DNA of 64,000 bases from the NCBI GenBank assembly GCA_003598025.1, contig QZKH01000002.1:10133-74132 (forward strand), given 5' to 3'. The notes under the pieces are model-generated. The model was not told the DNA's origin. It did not search any database and saw nothing but the letters and a program-made list of their open reading frames with translations. Source of the DNA: Candidatus Omnitrophota bacterium (GTDB taxonomy: Bacteria > Omnitrophota > Gorgyraeia > Gygaellales > Profunditerraquicolaceae). Position numbers and translations under genes: made by a program. Below, piece by piece: positions 58,661 to 64,000 of this stretch (position 1 is its first letter; the number at the start of each line of letters is the position of its first letter).

Positions 58661-59457
58661 TGAAGATAGTCGATTTAAGTTTACCAATTGATGAGAAGGC
58701 ATTTGAAGTCCATCATGTTGATATTGAGCGCATAACTCATGCTGGAGGGGTGGAAAAGTTTAACCGTGTTATTATGGGCAAGACCTTGTCTGGGAAGATA
58801 AAATATGCCCTAGGCGTGCGCTTAGTAAAAAAAGAAGATTTGCCGGATAAGGAATTTTTATCGCTTGAGATAGTGCATGCGCCGGTACATGTAGGCACAC
58901 ACCTGGATTATTCCTTTCATTACGGCTCAAAGTCAGAAAATCGTCCCTCCAAAACCGCAGAGGAGATCCCTCTTGAGTGGTGTTATTCGGAGGGAGTCAA
59001 ATTAGACCTGACCTACAAAAAGCCCAATGAAGTAATTGCAAGGCAGGATATTGAAGAGGCTCTGCGCAAAATAAATTACGCGCTTAAACCAGGTAATATC
59101 GTGTTTTTACAAACAGGGGCTGATAAATTATACGGTTCTCCCGGGTATTTTACTGATTATCCAGGAGTTGATATTTCAGCAATCGATTATTTGCTGGATA
59201 AGGGGATAAAAGTTTTTGGCACAGATACTATGGGCATTGACCGTCCGTATAGATTTATGCTCAAAGAATTTTTGGATACAAAAGACCCTAAAAAATTATA
59301 CCCTGCCCATTTCTACGGCAGGATAAGAGAATTTATTCATATTGAACGGCTGGCGAACCTGGATAAACTTCCTGGCTTCGGATTCAAGGTATCATGTTTT
59401 CCGGTTAAGATTAAGAAAACCGGAGCCGCCTGGGCCAGGGTAGTTGCTTTTGTTTGA
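58660..59457 (+). CDS. Cyclase family protein (PF04199-type metal-dependent hydrolase/cyclase fold)
   Basis: The HAPVHVGTHLDYSFH (HxGTHxD) signature, GTDTMGID, and the 265-aa size. Confidence 0.7.
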   Translation: MKIVDLSLPIDEKAFEVHHVDIERITHAGGVEKFNRVIMGKTLSGKIKYALGVRLVKKEDLPDKEFLSLEIVHAPVHVGTHLDYSFHYGSKSENRPSKTAEEIPLEWCYSEGVKLDLTYKKPNEVIARQDIEEALRKINYALKPGNIVFLQTGADKLYGSPGYFTDYPGVDISAIDYLLDKGIKVFGTDTMGIDRPYRFMLKEFLDTKDPKKLYPAHFYGRIREFIHIERLANLDKLPGFGFKVSCFPVKIKKTGAAWARVVAFV

Positions 59458-59469
59458 AAGGAGCAATTT

Positions 59470-59784
59470 ATGAGCCTTCCTTTATGGAAAGATTTGGAAG
59501 GGATGATGGAATTCCCCAGAGAAGGAGTTTTTAGCAAGGTTTTAGTTAAAACTCCCGAATCTAATCATACCCTGATGTGCCTTGCGCGGGGTAGCGATAT
59601 TTCAGAACATACATCTACGCGGGAAGCAGTGGTTACTGTATTAAAAGGCGAAGGTATTTTTATCCTTGAGGGTAAAGAAATAAAAATGAAGCCGGGAGTG
59701 TTTATATATATGCCGAAGAATGCCCCGCATTCATTAAGCGCAGATTCGGACTTAGCGATATTATTGAGTTTGTTTGGAAAATAA
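59470..59784 (+). CDS. Cupin domain protein (TcmJ-like, single cupin)
   Basis: 104 aa. Cupin motifs G(x)5HxH/E...G and PKNAPHSL. Its position between the cyclase and the ARO/CYC genes matches tetracenomycin-type clusters. Confidence 0.6.
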   Translation: MSLPLWKDLEGMMEFPREGVFSKVLVKTPESNHTLMCLARGSDISEHTSTREAVVTVLKGEGIFILEGKEIKMKPGVFIYMPKNAPHSLSADSDLAILLSLFGK

Positions 59785-59802
59785 TTAGTTCATGGTTCAT
59801 GG
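59785..59802 (+). repeat. Third copy of the TTAGTTCATGGTTCATGG element, immediately after the cupin TAA stop
   Basis: Exact match to copy 2 at 58388-58403 over 16 nt. The element appears to be confined to the PKS cluster. Confidence 0.5.
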
Positions 59803-59837
59803 TTTGCGGTCAGTAACCTTTATTACAGGAGGGATCC

Positions 59838-60278
59838 ATGGGGCACACATGTAATTCTATAGTTATCAATGCTCCTTACGAGCTGGTATTTGATATCTCT
59901 AATGATATCCCGAGATGGACAGAGTTATTCGGCGGCGAATACAAGAAGGCAGAAGTTGTAAAAAAAGAAGCAAATAAAATCATATTCCGCTTAACTGACG
60001 ATGAAGATAAGAGCTGGCAGTCGTGGAGGCTGTTATTTAAGGACAAATATTTTGCTTACGCAGAGCGCGAAGAACCGAAATTCCCTTTTAAGTTTATGAA
60101 AATAATCTGGCTTTATACGCCAAGGGGCAGGGGCGTTGAACTTACCTGGATACAGCATTTTGAAATGGATGAAAAAGCAAAATTTAACGACCAGCAGGTA
60201 GAAGGCTTTATTAATAAACATTCCAAAGATAACTTGGAGATTTTTAAGCGTATCATTGAAAAAGAAGCGGGCAAGTGA
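59838..60278 (+). CDS. SRPBCC polyketide aromatase/cyclase (TcmN N-terminal-domain-like ARO/CYC)
   Basis: From memory, NSIVINAPYELVFDISNDIPRWTELFG...WIQHFEMDEKAKFNDQQ...IFKRIIE aligns with the TcmN ARO/CYC domain ([25 protein letters not shown]...WVQEFDM...FDN...IKKIIE). Confidence 0.75.
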   Translation: MGHTCNSIVINAPYELVFDISNDIPRWTELFGGEYKKAEVVKKEANKIIFRLTDDEDKSWQSWRLLFKDKYFAYAEREEPKFPFKFMKIIWLYTPRGRGVELTWIQHFEMDEKAKFNDQQVEGFINKHSKDNLEIFKRIIEKEAGK

Positions 60279-61396
60279 AGAAACTGACTTTTTTCCTCCT
60301 TTGTCTGGAGGGTGCAGTGTTATCATTCAATGTGGCGGCAACCGCGGCGATCGTGCCGTCTGTTGCTAAAGATTTTGCTCTTTCTCAATTCTTAGCAGGT
60401 AAAATAGTCTGGCTCTATATGCTCCCTTATGGGCTGGCGGCACTTATTTACGGTCCTCTAGTCAGGCTCATCGATGCAAAAAAGATAGAGTTGTTCTGCC
60501 TTTTCTTTTTTTCGCTGGCAAATTTGCTCGCAGGCCTCTCCGGGAGTATATACATGCTTTTTGCCTGCAGGTTGATGATGGGGATTTTTGGCGCATCTGT
60601 TATACCATTGGCTTTAATACTCATTGCCAGGCATATTGAACCGGATAAACGAGGCAGGCTTATCGGTATTTTTTTTAGCGCAACCTTTATCGCTTCGCTT
60701 TTAGGCCTGCTTTTAAGCGCTGTTATTCCCTGGAGGATGATTTATATTATCCCCGCAATTTTAGGGTTTATTACATGGGGGATTGTTTATTTTTATTTAC
60801 CGAGCTTTAAAACGGACGTTTCAAAATTCCAGCTAAGTTATATTGCTGCCTTTAAGGACAAAGCAGTATTATTTATATTCCTTTATATATTTTTAGTGAG
60901 TTTTATTTACCATGGGATACAGCAGTGGCTGGGGGTATATTTCTCGACACAGTATTCGTTTACCCAGTTTGTGATAAGCATGCTTATCACGCTGACCAGT
61001 TTAAGCGGGATTTTTGGAGAAGTTATCGGCGGAAGGCTTGCAGATAAGCTTGGCAGAATAAAGACTATAGACATAGGCTTAATTCTGATGCTGATTATAG
61101 TTTTAGGGCTGATTGCCAGGACGAATTTATTTGTTTTGGCTTTACTTATGATTGCCTGGGGTTTTGGCTGGACTTTAAACCATGCAGGCCTGTCAACCGC
61201 CCTTACTGATTTACCGGATAAATTCTTAAATGAAGCTGCAAGCCTTAACAGCTCGGTCCGTTTTCTTTCAGGCGGCATAGGTGCAGCAGCCGGCGGCGCC
61301 CTGATGCAGAGAAGCTTTAATTTCGGTTTCATAGTCTTTGCTATCGGCCTTATAGCATTGCTTTTTTTAAGCAGGGAAATTATAATTTCAAAGTAG
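60275..61396 (+). CDS. MFS transporter
   Basis: 373 aa and about 12 predicted TM helices. The conserved loop 2-3 motif is GPLVRLIDAKK and there is a DKxGR-like motif (ADKLGRIK). GTG start overlapping the previous stop. Confidence 0.7.
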   Translation: MKKLTFFLLCLEGAVLSFNVAATAAIVPSVAKDFALSQFLAGKIVWLYMLPYGLAALIYGPLVRLIDAKKIELFCLFFFSLANLLAGLSGSIYMLFACRLMMGIFGASVIPLALILIARHIEPDKRGRLIGIFFSATFIASLLGLLLSAVIPWRMIYIIPAILGFITWGIVYFYLPSFKTDVSKFQLSYIAAFKDKAVLFIFLYIFLVSFIYHGIQQWLGVYFSTQYSFTQFVISMLITLTSLSGIFGEVIGGRLADKLGRIKTIDIGLILMLIIVLGLIARTNLFVLALLMIAWGFGWTLNHAGLSTALTDLPDKFLNEAASLNSSVRFLSGGIGAAAGGALMQRSFNFGFIVFAIGLIALLFLSREIIISK

Positions 61397-61408
61397 AGGA
61401 GGTAACAG

Positions 61409-62182
61409 ATGTCAGATTTAAAGGGAAAAGTAGCAATTGTAACTGGGGCCAGCCGTGGCATAGGCAAGGCGCTTGCATCCACAGCAGCATCTTTGGGGAT
61501 AAACTTGGCTATTGCAGCAAGAAACGAAGCGCCCCTGAAAGAGACAGCAGAAGAATTGTCAAAAAAATATAAGGTTCAAATCTTGCCTGTTGCCTGTGAC
61601 GTTACAAAGCTTTCGGACCTTGAAAACCTGGTAAATAAAACAAAGTCTAAATTCGGTGGAATAGACATTCTTATTAATAATGCCGGAGTGTCGAGCCAAT
61701 ACCCTTTTGAGAAACAGCCGATCGAGGATTTTGAGAAGCTTGCGCATACCAATTATCTGGGTTATGTGCGCCTAATACGACTTGTGATAAATGATATGAT
61801 AAATAATAAATACGGAGCAATAATCAATATGGTTTCAGGCTCAACATTGGTTGACCCTGTTCCAAGAAGCTTTATAGTCTACAGTTCATTAAAAGTCGGT
61901 TTGCGTGCTTTTTCAAAAGGTCTGTTTTGGGAGCTGCGTGATTACGGGATCAAAGTCACTTCAATATTACCGGGAGTGACCGATACTGATTTAACCGGTA
62001 AATTGGATAATATAACGGGGGACACATCGCGCCTTATGACAACAGAGGCTATTGAAAATGCCCTTAAATTTGCTTTAACTGTTCCGGCAAATGTATGTCC
62101 GCTGGAAATTTCAGTTATTAACCAGCAGACGCCGTGGGTTAAGCCGGTGATTCCGTTTAAGCAGGAGCATCCGAACAAATAG
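61409..62182 (+). CDS. Short-chain dehydrogenase/reductase (polyketide ketoreductase-like)
   Basis: KVAIVTGASRGIGKALA (TGxxxGxG), NNAG, the catalytic S...YSSLK (YxxxK), and the 257-aa size. Confidence 0.85.
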   Translation: MSDLKGKVAIVTGASRGIGKALASTAASLGINLAIAARNEAPLKETAEELSKKYKVQILPVACDVTKLSDLENLVNKTKSKFGGIDILINNAGVSSQYPFEKQPIEDFEKLAHTNYLGYVRLIRLVINDMINNKYGAIINMVSGSTLVDPVPRSFIVYSSLKVGLRAFSKGLFWELRDYGIKVTSILPGVTDTDLTGKLDNITGDTSRLMTTEAIENALKFALTVPANVCPLEISVINQQTPWVKPVIPFKQEHPNK

Positions 62183-62187
62183 AATTA

Positions 62188-62214
62188 GTTTACAGTGCAC
62201 AGCGCACTGTAAAC
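62188..62214 (+). other. Perfect 11-bp stem / 5-nt loop hairpin (GTTTACAGTGC-acagc-GCACTGTAAAC) right after the SDR stop, related to the TTAGTTCA element
   Basis: Read directly. The preceding AATTAGTTTACAGTGCACAG resembles the AATTAGTTCATAGTTCATGG element. It is followed by AGAAAAAGGAG (the RBS of the next gene), not a T-run, so it is not a classical terminator. Confidence 0.45.
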
Positions 62215-62231
62215 AGAAAAAGGAGAAGAAG

Positions 62232-62831
62232 ATGAAAAAAACAATATTGTTTGCTGTGGCGTTTGCCGTGTTTTTTACAGGGATTTCTTACGCGGAAAGC
62301 TTGTTGATCGATGATTTTGAGGGTGTTATTTCCGGCGGGGCGCAAGGTACGGTTGATTTTGGTTCAGGCAACGGTTCAAGCCTGAATGTAAGCGCTTCCA
62401 CAGGCACAAAGTATTCTGGTAACCAATCTTTAGAGCTTAAATATGATGCGATTAGCGGTGGATATATGTGGGCTGCCCGCGGTTCCAGTTTAGACGCAGC
62501 TGGCGCCGGATGGTTGATTAAACCCGAAGATATTGAATGGGGTGGTTACAGCAAAATAAGTTTTTATATGTTCGGCAGCAATTCCGGGGCAATGGTTGCT
62601 TTTGATATAAAGGATAGCGGCAGTGAAATCTGGAGATTCCTGATTGAAGATAATTTTACAGGCTGGAAGCAGATAGTCTGCGAGTTTAATAAGTTTATGG
62701 CAAGGGATGATTGGCAGCCGCAGGATGCAGATAATAACTTGGAGCTTGATTTTCCTCTAAAGAGCTTTCAGTTTGAGGTTTTGCCTGAAGCAAAAGGCAC
62801 GGTCTATTTTGATAAGGTTGAGCTGGAATAA
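62232..62831 (+). CDS. Secreted protein, possibly CIA30/CBM11-like β-sandwich
   Basis: Signal peptide (ILFAVAFAVFFTGISYA), then LLIDDFEG, which resembles the start of CIA30/carbohydrate-binding β-sandwich domains. Weak support. Confidence 0.35.
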   Translation: MKKTILFAVAFAVFFTGISYAESLLIDDFEGVISGGAQGTVDFGSGNGSSLNVSASTGTKYSGNQSLELKYDAISGGYMWAARGSSLDAAGAGWLIKPEDIEWGGYSKISFYMFGSNSGAMVAFDIKDSGSEIWRFLIEDNFTGWKQIVCEFNKFMARDDWQPQDADNNLELDFPLKSFQFEVLPEAKGTVYFDKVELE

Positions 62832-62905
62832 ATAATAATGGGGGGCACTTCTCTGGTCAATGAGAGAAACGGTCCCTGATGAGTTGAAGAAACGGACCTA
62901 AAGAT

Positions 62906-63298
62906 ATGGATAAGAAGGATATTCGTAATTTGAAAAAAAGGTATCTTATCTGGTTTTATAAAATGGCTAAAGAAGCCTTAGATAAGGTGGAGAGGAAGTT
63001 TACCCAGCTTGAGGTTGACGGTATCGTTCTTAGAGAGTTAAAGATGCTGGACAAGGGCAGAATGGTCCAAACTAAGATCGCTGAGTTTGAAAAATACATT
63101 GATAATAAGAAGAAGGACGGGATAGGCCTTAAATACAACGGCAAGGAATTGCGGGATGAGTATTTATATCTGGTTTTAAGGTTAAAGGCTGTAGAAAAAA
63201 CAATAGTAATAGAGTTGGGCAAGAAGGCCCTTAGCGAAATAAAAAGCTTATATGAAGACGAAATGACTGAACGCATCATAAAAAGCACAGAGCATTAA
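62906..63298 (+). CDS. Hypothetical protein
   Basis: A 130-aa basic, helical ORF in the + strand operon context. No motif recognised. Confidence 0.35.
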   Translation: MDKKDIRNLKKRYLIWFYKMAKEALDKVERKFTQLEVDGIVLRELKMLDKGRMVQTKIAEFEKYIDNKKKDGIGLKYNGKELRDEYLYLVLRLKAVEKTIVIELGKKALSEIKSLYEDEMTERIIKSTEH

Positions 63299-64000
63299 TA
63301 TGATTATCGACGCACACAGCCACTGGTTGCCGGAAGAGATTATAAACAACGCCCATTTTTTCCATAAGGGATGGGGCGATATTGAATCCCAGCTTAAGAT
63401 GATGGATGAAGCGGGGATTAAGAAGTCAGTGCTTACATATCCTACCTCTGATGCTCATCTTAAGCTTGGCAGCATCAGCGAGGTAGCGCATATCTATAAT
63501 GATAATGTAGGTAAGATCATTAAGAGATATCCGGGAAGATTTATCGGCGCAGCGATATTGCCCGTCGACAACAGCCAGGATACCCTTGATGAATTAAAGC
63601 GCGCCAGGGAAAAACTTGGGTTTAGAGCGATTTCATTGGCTTCAAGTTATAACGGCCATTATTTGGATGAAAGTATATTCATCCCGGTTTATAAGACAGC
63701 GCAAAAAGAAAATATTCCTATCTTTATTCATTCCCAGATTGTGCATCCTATCGGGTTTGAGAGAGTAAATGACCCGCTCCTTACCCCGGTAATAGAATAT
63801 GTCTTTGATTCCACGATATCTGTCGGTAAATTACTTATGTCAGGTATTTTAAAGGATTTTGCGGATGTAAAATTTATCTTCGCGCATTTTGCCGGAGTAA
63901 TACCGTTTTTAAAACATCGTTTTGACACGACTTATGCTATGCTGCGCGGTATGGATTTCGTCAAAGATTTAGGGAGCGCACCTTCAGAATTGCTTAGAAA
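63299..64000 (+). CDS. Amidohydrolase-2 family (ACMSD-like metal-dependent hydrolase/decarboxylase), 3'-truncated at the window end
   Basis: ATG at 63299 overlaps the previous stop. The translation MIIDAHSHWLPEE... carries the amidohydrolase_2 N-terminal HxH-like motif. The frame stays open to the end of the window. Confidence 0.6.

Noticed and set aside
5879-61482. Multiple long antisense ORFs inside strong + strand genes (5879..6271, 13165..13644, 15030..15563, 17888..18178, 33253..33735, 48638..49339, 53025..53567, 60907..61482)
   Set aside because: Each lies wholly within a + strand CDS that has clear family motifs. None has an RBS or recognisable domain. They are shadow frames.
62852-62890. 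Hammerhead-ribozyme-like core CUGAUGAG…GAAAC flanked by the complementary GGUCC/GGACC arms
   Set aside because: The CUGAUGA and GAAA boxes sit in one loop with no room for stem II, and there is no UH cleavage-site helix arrangement. It is most likely a chance match. It may instead be a simple hairpin or a direct repeat (GAAACGGTCC / GAAACGGACC) acting as a regulator site.
1-64000. CRISPR arrays, IS elements, integrases or phage genes
   Set aside because: No regularly spaced identical repeats of 25-40 nt were seen. No transposase, recombinase or terminal inverted repeats were seen either. The window looks like core chromosome plus a biosynthetic island without obvious mobility genes.

Overview
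This 64-kb window is a chromosomal segment from an AT-rich bacterium, probably an uncultivated or anaerobic lineage. Genes are densely packed and almost all lie on the + strand. I can support only one – strand gene (40895..41506). I found no rRNA, tRNA, CRISPR array, transposase or integrase. The main blocks, in order:
- 1–5.6 kb: a glycosylation locus with a truncated GT4, three GT2 enzymes and a GT-C-type membrane glycosyltransferase.
- 5.7–9.6 kb: a tRNA-binding protein, a FAD oxidoreductase, a YkgJ-type Cys-cluster protein, a DUF2156-like protein and a DnaQ-type exonuclease fused to a WYL domain.
- 9.5–14.2 kb: an overlapping operon of pabB, pabC, a HypF fragment carrying only the Kae1-like domain, hypC and hypD. 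hypE lies separately at 22.6 kb and no hydrogenase structural genes are present.
- 14–23 kb: a transglutaminase/DUF3857 lipoprotein, a PilZ coiled-coil protein, an HhH-GPD glycosylase-like protein, M20 peptidase, PAC2 and HAD genes.
- 23.8–27 kb: two tandem D-Ala-D-Ala-ligase-like ATP-grasp enzymes followed by a lysine 2,3-aminomutase, a possible β-amino-acid peptide cassette.
- 27.2–30 kb: a divergent EF-G paralogue and a YchF-like protein lacking its P-loop, downstream of a near-consensus σ70 promoter.
- 30–39 kb: purH, folC, mnmE, folE, a histidine-kinase fragment with only the HisKA domain, a PAS-GGDEF-HD-GYP protein and two small PilZ proteins.
- 39–45 kb: yifB/comM, a – strand methyltransferase, a LysM/L,D-transpeptidase, accA and a PadR regulator.
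- 45.3–51 kb: a marR/tolC-like/adaptor/RND efflux operon with a palindromic operator.
- 52.3–63.3 kb, the most interesting region: a compact type II polyketide synthase cluster resembling tetracenomycin. It has a KSα with an intact Cys-His-His triad, a translationally coupled KSβ/CLF lacking all three catalytic residues, an ACP, a TcmN-like SRPBCC aromatase/cyclase, a TcmJ-like cupin, a cyclase-family protein, an SDR ketoreductase and an MFS exporter. Unusual extras are a B12-binding class B radical SAM enzyme, an ApbA-family reductase, a PCP_red-like protein and a protein with two TIGR04076-like Cys/His-rich domains. The cluster sits behind a σ70-like promoter whose -10 box is overlapped by a perfect 16-bp palindrome.
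- A short repeat family (TTAGTTCAyrGTTCAyrG) recurs immediately after stop codons inside the PKS cluster, and a related copy lies in frame inside mnmE.
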